A stretch of DNA of 63,061 nucleotides, filler included, from Welwitschia mirabilis (lineage: Eukaryota): assembly GCA_051453625.1 (NCBI GenBank). It is 3 parts of one record of this genome, joined end to end, with 100 filler letters (N's around TTAATTAATTAA, not from the genome) between each part and the next. Parts side by side here need not be neighbours in the genome. Positions count along the whole stretch, not along the records: positions 28,545 to 51,064 come from JBOZIK010000001.1; positions 51,165 to 63,061 come from JBOZIK010000001.1; 1 more part is not named here. One strand, 5' to 3'. The position numbers and the translations under genes are program-made. Of the stretch, positions 39,801-52,269 are shown piece by piece. The notes beneath the pieces were generated by a model, which worked only from the letters and a program-made list of their open reading frames with translations, was not told the DNA's origin and made no database searches. Positions within the stretch are counted from its first letter, which is position 1. Each line of letters begins with the position of its first letter.

Positions 39801-41238
39801 ATGGTTTTTATAATTCCTTAACTTAAACCCGATCTAGGTGCATCTATAAAGATACCCTCAGTGACCAAACTCAAATATCAATGTTATTATGTTTAATTTG
39901 TGCCATTTTAATGTGATTCAAGCCATTCTCAAGCATTAAAAGGAGATTTTTTATTTTAATTCTTTTATATTTCTTTAGTTTCCCTTGGATCCTCTCTCTA
40001 TATTATCTTTGAAAGCATTTTTTCATTTACATCTTTTTATGTCACATAAATTCATTATCATCCTCCTACATCATTTTTTAATTCCATTTTTCATTCCCTT
40101 TTCTCCCATTTTCATCTATTTAGAGGGCATTTTAGGGTTGCTGAACTACACATGAATGGGCATGTGGGAGGAGGAAAAGGCATCAAATCTTATAAGCAAT
40201 TTTATGGAATACTAGTAAAAAGGGATTTGATTTCATTTGAAACTAATAGGTATTTTTTTCCTTATGTTTTTATTCTTTTGATTACTTATTTTATGCATTT
40301 TTATAATGTTTTTCTTTCAATTTAGTTACACTTCTTATAGCATGTTATGTAATTAGTAATAATTACATTGTTATACATTTAATACCTATTGTGCATACTG
40401 AAATTTTACATGATTGATCACTCTTAGTTAAAGAAATCATGTGTTTTATTCCTCTTTTTCCTTCTTTCCTCCATTCTTTTCATTTTTCTATTACATTTCC
40501 TCATGATTGCATGTTTCTTCTTAAGTTATTGATGATGAATTTCCATTTTTCATTTCCAAAAGCCTTATATTTATTGGTAAAGATTTTATTTACATTTATC
40601 TAAGAAAAAACTTACTTATTTTTGTATGAACTTTTCTCTCTTATTTCTCCTCTTTTAAAAATCAAAATAGAATAAGAAATTTTAATGCTNNNNNNNNNNN
40701 NNNNNNNNNNNNNNNNNNNNNNNNNNNNNNNNNNNNNNNNNNNNNNNNNNNNNNNNNNNNNNNNNNNNNNNNNNNNNNNNNNNNNNNNNCTCTTTTAAAA
40801 ATCAAAATAGAATAATAAATTTTAATGCTTTTTTGACGATAATGCTTTTTTCACAACTACAATGATTCTTAAATTTTATTATTAAATTCCTCTAATGATT
40901 TATTAACTTTTATCCTCAATTAGCAAAAGTCCAAATTTAGCCTATAGAATCTCCTTTTTGGCCATTCACAGTCAAAGTTATAGTTCTAAACTATGAAATA
41001 TTAATTTTCTTGTTTTTGCACAAAGAATTTCTCTATCATTATTGATGTCTTTTTAGAATTCCAAGATCTTATCTTGCATTATTTTTGAATTAATTTTATA
41101 ATATTTAATCCATTATTTCTCAAATTTTATAGTGTTCTTAATATTCTTGATCAAAGTAAGGTTGATTATAAATTTTATAGTTTTTCTAAATAAACTATTT
41201 TTGTCAATTCTACTTGATCTTAAATGTTCGGTTCTTGT
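30855..41238. repeat. Diverged tandem macro-repeat, unit about 3.9 kb, roughly 2.3 copies
   Basis: Homologous anchors recur in the same order: CTAGTTATAC/CTAGTTAGAC/TTAGTTACAC at 30953, 35961 and 40322; CCATCTACATGAGCTATGAA at 33904 and 39123; AAATGCAGAGCATGAAGGAC at 34193 and 39429. The third copy is cut by an LTR at 41239. Confidence 0.85.
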
Positions 41239-42491
41239 TGTGATGCATTTTTATGTAATCTTTTACAATCTTTATCAAATCCTATTAATCACAAATAGAT
41301 ATTAAAAAACACAACACACTAATATAAACAGGAGTGGACCTGAATGTTGTAACCCGTCAAAGGCACAGATGAGACAAAAGAGAATTAATTTTAAGTAAAA
41401 TATTTTTGTATTTTCTTTTAAGTAGAACAAATAATGCAAAAAACAACGCAAGTAAACACACTATGCAATTGAAATGCAAGAACTACTCTAAATGCAATAT
41501 CTATTTAATTACCAAATCAACCTGTTGCAAAGGTTAGCCTTGTATAATCTAGATCAATCATGGAGAAATATCATTAAATCCTAACCAATGTAAGATATTA
41601 GACACATCAAATAGAATATTTAAACGGCAATATTAAGCTATGAAATAGAAAATGCATTGCAATGTAACAACTTCAATAGTTTCAATCTTAATAAAGATTA
41701 CCCTTTTGATCTATATCAAATATGAAGCTGTCATGAAATCATAAACAACATAAACCATAAGGAATATGCACATAAGAACATATATAAAAAAACATATTTT
41801 TAATTAAAAGTGAACAAACATGCATGTTATAAAGTAGTAGCACCTCAATGAAGGATACACAGTCTAACATTAAGAAAGATATTTCTTTGTAACAACAAAT
41901 AGATGGATCTCCTACCCTATGATTTGTTGTCATAAGAATCTCCAATGACAAAGAAGATAAACTTAAAGTTACGGGTGGAGGAGTATTTATTACAAGTAAA
42001 ACTCTAAAAATATCAAACCCTAATAGTTGCAATAAAACTCTAATAGTGCATAGAAGGTGTATGCTATATTCTAGAAGTTGAGTAGACTTTGATGCATTTA
42101 TTATTTTTAAGTATCATCTTACTGGTTATCTAGATGATTTATGAGATGATGCTATGTCATACATAATTCACATTATCTACTAGTTTGGTCTAGTTAGTAT
42201 CCTAGTCAACATGTTTATTCTATCATCTGTACTATTGTCCAGATGATGGAGAGGATGATGGACTCCTAAATTATCTCTTATATCAGATTAGCCTCTATGA
42301 ACATAGGATTTCTTCTCCAGATAGGAAGTATTGTAATTTTCTTGAAATGCTGTCAAATGTAATGAGGATTGTATGTTTTTGTAATAATTGCATTAGCTCT
42401 CCATTATTATCGAAACTGAGCATGAATCTATCTAACATCCTATAAACTACTCAAATATCCTATCAAATACATACAATTTAGCATTGCAACA
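41239..42491 (-). repeat. 3' LTR of element D
   Basis: The minus strand starts TGTTGCAATGC and ends ...ACATAAAAATGCATCACA (TG...CA). Both ends align with the LTRs of copies A and C. Confidence 0.87.
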
Positions 42492-42493
42492 TA

Positions 42494-42506
42494 GCCCCCC
42501 ACTTAA
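42494..42506 (-). other. Polypurine tract
   Basis: The minus strand reads TTAAGTGGGGGGC-TA immediately before the LTR TG. Confidence 0.85.
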
Positions 42507-43476
42507 CCTTATTAGTCCCTAATAAAGTTAGGTAAACAACCATGATTATGAGCCAAATTAACTAAAGATAAATCAACTAGAAAATTATAAAATAAACTCA
42601 AAAATTTCATCATGCAAGAAATAAATGTTAAAATAGATAATTAAATGTTTTACCTAGATTCCTACTAAAAAATTTTTAGAAAGATAAACATTAAAACATT
42701 TTAAAATTAATAGCTACCCACTTAAATGTACAATACATCATAAAAGATAATCATGGGTATTATAAAAAATCATCATCATGAAGTGTCTTAGTAATATATA
42801 GATGATGTGTATAATATCTCAAAAATAAAAGTATACATAATAATGATTGTTTTAATGCATATTTATGCTTCTAATTCCAATATTCTAAAGATCAATTTTA
42901 ACTTGCAACATCTAAAAAGATAATAACTTAATTACACAGAATAAACATTTGCATAGTGGATCAACCTGAAAGTCAGAAGACTTCTAAAAGAGAATTTAGA
43001 AAATTGATTTTAAAAAGATAAGAAGAATATTTTTTTCAAAATTTTTCTTTATAGGAAATAAAATTAACCAATTCAAGGATGAAGATGAAATGCAATGCAA
43101 TGGAATAAAAAAATGTAATGCAATGTAGAATGAATGCAAATATAATACAATTAATTAATCAAATTTCTAATTGATTTTCTCTTAGGTTGATCTTTATAGC
43201 CTATATCAATTAAAAATTCATGTTACTTTCATTACAATTAAGGTAAGTTATAATAAAGAAATAATAATGCATTTGAAAAGAATTCCAATTCAATTAATGT
43301 TTTTATTAACAAAATTGAAGTACATTCACTTACAATAATAACTCCTCCATGGAATATTCACTGCCTAACATAAAGGTGATTCTTTATACAAGTAGGATGG
43401 ATTTCCTTGCCTCTAATAATCTCTAATCATCACAAGAGTTTAGATGAGAAAAAATGATTTAGAATGATATTTAAGA

Positions 43477-43490
43477 GGGCTATTTATAGG
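43477..43490 (-). promoter_or_regulatory. Candidate internal TATA box within the 3' region of element D
   Basis: The minus strand reads CCTATAAATAGCCC, followed by a pyrimidine-rich leader. This is a motif match only. Confidence 0.4.
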
Positions 43491-46084
43491 TTGGGATGGA
43501 TGGTTAAGGTTCACTAAGAAGTGTGAAATGAAAAGGTGAGACTAATATCTACCATTTCATAACAATTAAATCAGTTTTATAAATTGCTTTATTTGTTGTC
43601 CTTTATGTCATCTCCATGACATAGTGAAGGACCGCCAATTAACACTTTGCACATGTCAACCATCAATATTATCCCAATGACATAGGGGATGATTATGAAA
43701 ACCTGTCCATTTGCATCTAACTTTAACGTCATTTTGCAACGGTTGTTCCAACGNNNNNNNNNNNNNNNNNNNNNNNNNNNNNNNNNNNNNNNNNNNNNNN
43801 NNNNNNNNNNNNNNNNNNNNNNNNNNNNNNNNNNNNNNNNNNNNNNNNNNNNNCCATTTGCACCTAACTTTAAGATCATTTTGCAATGGTTGTTCCAATG
43901 ATAGAATGGATGACTATCATTTTGCATCAGTCATCCCAATGACATGAGGGATGATAATTGTTTTGCATGAGTCATCCTAATGACATAGTAAATGAAAAAT
44001 TTTTATTACTTAACTTCATCTTGATCATTGTTCTTTGGTCCATCATCATGTAAAAAGAGCTCCTTGAATTGCAAATTGTTGAAGTTAATGACCTATATCA
44101 AATCTTTGCATAATTTGCATACATTCCTAGAAAACCTGTCAATAGGACCTAAAAATGTATTTCACATGTGTGTTAAATAAGTTAGTTTGGCTTCACAACA
44201 TAGTCCTTCACATAGTATTTATTAGTCCTTGATAAAGTAACTGGATAACAAGTCACAAGTCAATTAAGAAAATGAGCAAGAAAATAAAAAGAAACTCAAA
44301 ACATGTATATAGCATTGAAATTAAGTTTTGAGTATAACATGTAAAATACATTAAATTTGTTAAAAAACACAAATGGGATAGATGTATACTATCAAAAACT
44401 AGTTTAATATTATTGCATATATTTATGTTAAGTGAAAAATTTTGGTCTAAAAATCATGTAATATATGTGTCTACCTTCCTCTTCCCCTTTAAAACTAAAT
44501 AAGCAAGTTGTCTCGAGTTGTGTAAACCATGAAGAGAGAGGAAAGAATTGGTCTAAATATGAAAAATAACCTTGTATGGGAGTTCAATGTAGCCACGGAT
44601 TAGATNNNNNNNNNNNNNNNNNNNNNNNNNNNNNNNNNNNNNNNNNNNNNNNNNNNNNNNNNNNNNNNNNNNNNNNNNNNNNNNNNNNNNNNNNNNNNNN
44701 NNNNNATGAAAAATCACCTTGTATGGGAATTCAATGTAGCCATGGACTAGATCATGTAAAAGAAATTTTTTAGAGCATTATAAATGGTAAACTAGAGTAG
44801 TAGCTCATAGTTTTAAGGTTAAATGGTAGGAGAGGTTATGAGAAAAAAGAGATTGTTAAGAAAAAAAGAGCATCAATGCCATCATGCTAAAGGATAGTTA
44901 AGGCAGAGGTCAATTTGATTTCATTCATAATAGTTAATTAAAAAAAATGTAATAAGTAAACTAAAAAGTGATGAGGTCCTAAGCATTATTTAAAAAATGT
45001 GAGAAAAATAACTTTGAGAAGACAAGTCAACAAACTAAGATAAGATAAGAGAAAAATGGACAAGATAGGACATGAAGCTGATTAAACGTTTACCATAAAT
45101 TCCAACCTAAAAAAACTTTTTGGTAAAGGTTATAAAGCTATTTGATATAGAAATGCATGATTTAATGTAAGACATCATATAATACCATTCAAAAGGGTAG
45201 TAATAATAACAATATCTAATGGTTATTTTTGACAAAGTATCAAGTAATGTTTAAACTATAATTCAAGACTTCTCTAGCTATGACAACCATAGCTCTTAGA
45301 TAATATATCATCCAATGATTAATATACTCATATGCTTACAAAGTTTATTCCTCAGCATGATGAGAATTTTGAGTCAGTGGGGTGTTGAATAATACCATTT
45401 ATCATGATGAGGGAACTGCAAGCACTACTAAGAGAATAAGGATTCACAAGTTGAAGCTAGATCATCGGCAACTAATCCTCAAGTGGATTTCCTAAAACTA
45501 CCATGTCATACTACCAAAGGCCCCTCTTGGGAAAATCTACCCCATTATAATTGCAGTAGTACATCATGGCATAATTGTAAGAAGACGTTTTTCTTTTTTT
45601 TCTTTCTTTTTTTTCCTTCTTATTTTTCATCTCATATCTTTATTTTTTTTTTCATATTCCCCTCTTGATTTTCATATTTTTCTCTTAAATTAGACTTCCA
45701 TGTTTTAAGCATTAATTAATCATTAGAATGATGAAGTAATAAACTATATGATTGATAACAAGCATTGAATTAACATAATTTATACCTTGCAACAAAATAA
45801 ACGAGGATATTGATTATAAATATTAGAATATCTTAAGATTGGCTAAATCCAATCTTTACCATAAAAAACCCAAAGTAAAGAATTACTTAATAATGGTAAC
45901 ACCTATGGAAGTAAAACATAAATTAATCTAAAGATGATTAAGTAGTATCATAACTTAAACTAAGGAATAAGGCTAAGAAAAAATTTAGTAGGTGGCAGAG
46001 GGGGATCTTCCTTTTTGCAAAGAGGATATTCCAAGTTAATTTCTTCTATCATGTTTAAGATATAAAAACAATCATCTAGAGATG

Positions 46085-49000
46085 TATATAGTTTTAACCT
46101 TTATCCATTTACTTTTTAGATGTCTTAAGTTTGAAGATCAGAGTTCTTATCATAGCCATTGAAATGTATCCTTTTTACATGATAAGGATCAAGCCATTTA
46201 GAGTCCAACTTATTAAGTAAAATATGTACTTGAGTATTATACAAAAGCACGAATTAACCTAGTTTAAAGGATTTATGAAGAAGCCTTTTATCATGATGAA
46301 ATTTGGCCTAGGATTTATGGATGAATTATCTATGAATAGCACTTATTTTTTTCATTAATGTATTAAAGTTGTGCTAAAAGGTAGTAACATTCTTCTCATG
46401 GTTCAACACATTACATTGATGGATAGCACAATAAGAGTTGTAGCAAATGTCAACAAGTAGAATACAAGTTTTTCTATATACAAGTTCATAAGGTAAGAAT
46501 TCAAGTGAATTACATTAAGCAGTACAAGAAGCCCATAGCACAACATTAAGTTTGAGAGACCAAGATTTCTTATTTTTATAAATAAGTTTTTAGAGTGTCT
46601 TTCTAATCTCTCTATTAGCATTTTCATGTTGATCATTTCTTTGAGAATGATAGGCATTTACAATTCTATGTTCAATTCCCATAAAAACGAGGAGTTTTCT
46701 AAGAACCTTATTAATGAATTAGGTACCTTACTCACTAATTAATATTTTATAAAAGCTAAACCATATTGAATTTTAAAAAGGAACACATGGATTTGGCATC
46801 ATAGGTTTAAGTAGGAATTTCTTCCACCCATTTCATAACATAGTCTATAGCTACCAAGATTTAATTCTTATCATATGAAGATGATCTAAGAGGACCTATA
46901 AAGTCTATAACCCAATAATTAAAAGGTTCAAGAATAGGTTATGAAGGCATATCATGAGATTTGGTTAGGCTTCCAAAATGTTGACATGCATCACATCTTC
47001 ACGTATAATCAAAAGAGTCTTTAAAAAGGGTAGATTGAGAGAAGCTAGCATGAAGAATTTTGATGGCTGTCTTTGGTCATTAAAGTACCTCCACAAATAC
47101 CACCATGGTAAAAGAAAAGAATGTCAAGTTTTTTTCCATTCTAACACACATAACATGATATTTACATCTTTGGTAGAGGTTTGAATCATTCCATTCATAA
47201 TTCCGTATCNNNNNNNNNNNNNNNNNNNNNNNNNNNNNNNNNNNNNNNNNNNNNNNNNNNNNNNNNNNNNNNNNNNNNNNNNNNNNNNNNNNNNNNNNNN
47301 NNNNNNNNNNNNNNNNNNNNNNNNNNNNNNNNNNNNNNNNNNNNNNNNNNNNNNNNNNNNNNNNNNNNNNNNNNNNNNNNNNNNNNNNNNNNNNNNNNNN
47401 NNNNNNNNNNNNNNNNNNNNNNNNNNNNNNNNNNNNNNNNNNNNNNNNNNNNNNNNNNNNNNNNNNNNNNNNNNNNNNNNNNNNNNNNNNNNNNNNNNNN
47501 NNNNNNNNNNNNNNNNNNNNNNNNNNNNNNNNNNNNNNNNNNNNNNNNNNNNNNNNNNNNNNNNNNNNNNNNNNNNNNNNNNNNNNNNNNNNNNNNNNNN
47601 NNNNNNNNNNNNNNNNNNNNNNNNNNNNNNNNNNNNNNNNNNNNNNNNNNNNNNNNNNNNNNNNNNNNNNNNNNNNNNNNNNNNNNNNNNNNNNNNNNNN
47701 NNNNNNNNNNNNNNNNNNNNNNNNNNNNNNNNNNNNNNNNNNNNNNNNNNNNNNNNNNNNNNNNNNNNNNNNNNNNNNNNNNNNNNNNNNNNNNNNNNNN
47801 NNNNNNCACATGACTTGATATTTACATCTTTGGTAGAGATTTGACTCATTCCATTCATAATTCCGTATCTTATAAAGAAATGATTTTCTTTGATTAGAAG
47901 TCCTATGTTGGGGGTTTCAAAAGTGACAAGATATTTCTCAATATTAGCATATCAAGAAGCAGGATTTTTAGAGGATATAGCATATAAATCATGAATGTAA
48001 AAGAATTGTTCATCAGAAAAGGAATCCTTAATAGGAAGATTATAAGAGAAATGTAAAGGATTCCTTTCTNNNNNNNNNNNNNNNNNNNNNNNNNNNNNNN
48101 NNNNNNNNNNNNNNNNNNNNNNNNNNNNNNNNNNNNNNNNNNNNNNNNNNNNNNNNNNNNNNNNNNNNNGAAGTGTTCATCAGAAAAGGAATCCTTAATA
48201 GGAAGATTATAAGAGAAATGTAAAGGATTCCTTTCTTGAAAGATGATTAGTAACATAATTATGTTTACCTTCTTTATCTATGATGGTTAAGTTGAATTCT
48301 TGCATGAGAAGTATCCATCTAATTAGTCTAGAACTCGAATATTTTTTTGTCATAAGATAACAAATGGATACATTATTAGTGTACACATTGGTATGTAAGT
48401 CTTAGTTTGTTAAGGTAAAATACGATAGCTAGCATTTCTTTCTTTGTGGTGGTGTAGTTTAATTGAGATCCTAAATGGGGTTTACTAATATAAGCAATAA
48501 CTTTATATCTATTTCCATGTTTTTCTTATAAGACTCCACCTATGATAGTATTACTAGCATCACATATTAACTCACAAACTATGGTTTAATTGAGTCCTTC
48601 TATAATGGATTCGAAAGATATTTTGTTCTTAATATTTTCAAAGGCATTTTGATAATCTTTATTATAAGCAAACTTGACATCTTTTTAAAGGAGGGAATCA
48701 AGGAGTATACAAATCTTAGCATAATCCTTAATGAATCGTCTATATAATTTCGCATGTCTAAGAAAGGATTTCACTTGTTTAACATTATTTGGAGGAAATA
48801 GGTTCTTAATGATGTCTATTTTGGAGGGGTTCATTCTAATATCATTACAAGAAATGTGATGACCAAGCACAAACACAACCCTCACAAGAAAATCACTCTT
48901 CTCCCAACTAATATGAAGGCCACTTCCTATGTAACAGTTAAGGACTTTTTCTAATCTTTCCAAGGATTGTTTAAAAGAGTTACCAAAGATCTAAAGATCA

Positions 49001-49380
49001 TCCATAAAGATATCAATAAAATCCTCAATAATATCNNNNNNNNNNAGAAAATACCCATCATTGCTCTTTAAAGATTCTCAGAGCATTACATACGCCAAAG
49101 GGAATTCTTTTAGAGGTAAAAGTATCAAAAGATGATGTGAAGGTTGTCTTAGATTGATCTTCATTAGCAATGCACACTTAGTTGTAACCACTATATCCAC
49201 CAAGGAAGAAATAGTAAGCATGGCCTTAGAACCTATCAAGAACTTAATCAAGAAAACATCATTGATTTTCCTAAAATTAATGCATACTCACTAGTTTCCT
49301 CCTTTTTTAGATGCTATGATAAGAGGAATGATCCATTCACTATCCAAAATGGCATAGATACTACATGTATCCATACGTTT
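46085..49380 (-). pseudogene. Gypsy RT-RNase H-integrase remnant (element D)
   Basis: RT SEWIIPLIIASKKGGN, FLGGYSGYN, FMDDL, ISWEKSDFLVRVVFVLGHHIS and VKSFLRHAKLYRRFIKDYAKI. RNase H CDASN and IRWILLMQEFNL. Integrase YWVIDFIGP, KLDSKWLDPY and VNG*RLKLY. Confidence 0.92.
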
Positions 49381-51064
49381 NNNNNNNNNNNNNNNNNNNN
49401 NNNNNNNNNNNNNNNNNNNNNNNNNNNNNNNNNNNNNNNNNNNNNNNNNNNNNNNNNNNNNNNNNNNNNNNNNNNNNNNNNNNNNNNNNNNNNNNNNNNN
49501 NNNNNNNNNNNNNNNNNNNNNNNNNNNNNNNNNNNNNNNNNNNNNNNNNNNNNNNNNNNNNNNNNNNNNNNNNNNNNNNNNNNNNNNNNNNNNNNNNNNN
49601 NNNNNNNNNNAGAAATATAAAACATCATGGTCTTTATTTATTTTTTTAAATAAAACAATTTGCACATGACCAAACACTTCAAAAGATAAAGGTAAAAGTC
49701 AAAAGATTAAAAAATAAAAGGACACTCTTTAAATAATCTAAGACCTTTTCACTATTGAGAAAAATATCAAAAATAAAGCATCTTCCTTCAATTAAAATTC
49801 ATGGATGTGTGAATGTTTTAAGATTGGATGAATTCAATCTTACCACTGAAATGCCCAAGTCAAAAGACTAGTCATGAAAGTAAATACATTAGTCAAGTTT
49901 AAAAGATGATCAAGTAATGCCATAATAATATTTCAAAGGAAAAGCCTAAGAGAAAATTCAAATAGTTTGCTCATGAAATTTCAATTTTTCCCATTTACTT
50001 CCTCTAATTCTTAAGCAATCAAGTGAGAAATCTCAATAGAGCCATAAAAATGTATTTTATTAAAATAATAGAAAACAAAAATTAACATTTTGTTAACTAT
50101 CATTCTGCTTATTGTCTAGATGATAGAGAGGACAACATACACAGGAAAGAGAAACAAAACACAAAAAATTTAACAAAAAAAACTAGAAAACTATCAAAAG
50201 TGATTATCATTNNNNNNNNNNCACCTTATCATGGAGATGACAGAGGAGATGATTAATTTATTTTTGTAGAAATAGAAAAGAGAAATTACAAATAGAAATA
50301 AAAACTAACAATATGGAATGAAAACAGAAACTCTTAAAATAGAAAACTGAAAATACAAAAGTAAGACAAGAAAGTTTTATTCCAATGTTAAATATAAAGC
50401 ATACTTTTATTGAAAAAGAAAGAAGGAAAAACTAAGGATCTGTTTTGGCCTTAAGCTTTTTAGAGAAGTAAGGTCCAAACTAGAAATTCACCAATTGATA
50501 AAACATTAGAGATGCGAAATTATTTTTATGTAAAATCAATTGGATGAAGAGAGGAGTAATGGATAGAACTCTATGATGCCACATTAAAGCATAAATTTTG
50601 GAAGTCAAAAGGGAGAGAAATGATAACTTNNNNNNNNNNNNNNNNNNNNNNNNNNNNNNNNNNNNNNNNNNNNNNNNNNNNNNNNNNNNNNNNNNNNNNN
50701 NNNNNNNNNNNNNNNNNNNNNNNNNNNNNAAATTTTGGAAGTAAAAGGGGAGAGAAATGATAACTTGGGTAAAATATTTTCATGAAAAGCAAAAGTTTTA
50801 TTTGAAATATAAAAAAATTACCTTTATGGCCATTGGAAACACTTTTCTCATCCAAATTCAATTTATTATTTTCAATTTTTGGCTTAAGAAATGGACAATC
50901 TCCCTCATGATTTTTCTTGAAAAGTTGGACTTCCTTACACTTAAAAGGTTTCTTTTCTTCTTCATTCTTAAGTTGATTATCACAAAATACATGCTCACTT
51001 AATTTCATCTCTTTTTATTCAAGTGGGTGATGTAGTAAAAATAAAGTAGGTTTAACACTATCTT

Positions 51065-51164
51065 NNNNNNNNNNNNNNNNNNNNNNNNNNNNNNNNNNNN
51101 NNNNNNNNTTAATTAATTAANNNNNNNNNNNNNNNNNNNNNNNNNNNNNNNNNNNNNNNNNNNN
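51065..51164. other. Artificial scaffold linker (44 N + TTAATTAATTAA + 44 N)
   Basis: Identical to 28445-28544. Confidence 0.95.
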
Positions 51165-52269
51165 CCTAGGTCTGGTTGACCCCATCCTAGATCCGATCGA
51201 CCCCTTACCGCTTGGTCTGAGTCTATTACCTATTAATTCCTCAAATCCGGTCGACCCCATAAAAATTTGGTCGACACCTTTCCATTTGGTTCAGGAATAC
51301 TGACTTTGTCTGAACGACCCCATTAGAATCCGATTAACTCCATAAAAATTCAGTCAACCCCTTTCCATTTAGTTCAGGAATACTAACTTTTAGGTTACAG
51401 GTCCGGNNNNNNNNNNNNNNNNNNNNNNNNNNNNNNNNNNNNNNNNNNNNNNNNNNNNNNNNNNNNNNNNNNNNNNNNNNNNNNNNNNNNNNNNNNNNNN
51501 NNNNNNCCCATTAGAATCCGATTAACTCCATAAAAATACAGTCAACCCCTTTCCATTTGGTTCAGAAATACTAACTTTTTTAGGTTACAGGTTCTGTCGA
51601 TCCTATTAGAATCTGGTCGACTCCTCTGGGTTTAGTCCATTTTACTTGCGACAGCTTCAGGTGCGGTCAACCCTTTTAGGATCTGGTTGACCCTCACTGG
51701 AGGGTAAATTATCTCAGTAGGTTTCTAGTACATATTTTCGTCCAATTCTTCCAACCTGCAAAACTCAACCTCATCTACACAACAGACATAACATTTGCAC
51801 TACACAAGAGGTATTAGTTTTAAATCAATTGGCAAATANNNNNNNNNNNNNNNNNNNNNNNNNNNNNNNNNNNNNNNNNNNNNNNNNNNNNNNNNNNNNN
51901 NNNNNNNNNNNNNNNNNNNNNNNNNNNNNNNNNNNNNNTGAGTTCAGGAATACTAACTTTTAGGTTACAGGTCCGGTTGATCCCATTAGAATCTGGTCGA
52001 CTCCTCTGGGTTTAGTCCATTTTACTTGTGACAGCTTCAGGTGCGGTCAACCCTTTTAGGATCCAGTTGACCCTCATTAGAGGGTAAATTATCTCAGTAG
52101 GTTTCTAGTACATATTTTCGTCTAATTCTTTCAACTTGCAAAACTCAACCTCATCTACACCAAAGACATAACATTTGTACTACACACGAGATATTAGTTT
52201 TAAATCAATTGGCAAATATAATCTAATACCTTTGTCATGTTTTTCTAAAATGATGAGTAACCCTAACCA
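51165..52269 (-). mobile_element. 5' part of a younger LTR (probably copia/SIRE-like) with a GGTCGACCCC repeat array, inserted in the integrase of element E
   Basis: Visibly more GC- and CpG-rich than its flanks, with repeated GGTCGAC/GGTTGAC/GGTCAAC units. On the minus strand it begins near TGGTTAGGGTTACTC, exactly where the integrase of element E breaks off (…KFSSNW, just before the expected GPY motif). Part of it is duplicated across gaps. Confidence 0.55.

Larger units (their letters stand above)
41239..50510 (-). mobile_element. Degenerate Athila-like gypsy element D (5' UTR, RT-RH-INT, long 3' non-coding region, PPT, 3' LTR); gag, protease and 5' LTR not found
   Basis: 3' LTR at 41239-42491, PPT, pol remnants at 46085-49380, and 5' UTR similarity to copy A at about 50090-50510. 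Confidence 0.82.

Noticed and set aside
25243..42491. LTR C (+) and LTR D (-) as a large inverted repeat or a single element
   Set aside because: They are on different scaffolds separated by a linker, and are diverged members of related families.
51165..51700. CRISPR-like array
   Set aside because: The context is eukaryotic, the repeats are degenerate with irregular spacing and related intervening sequence, and there are no cas genes.
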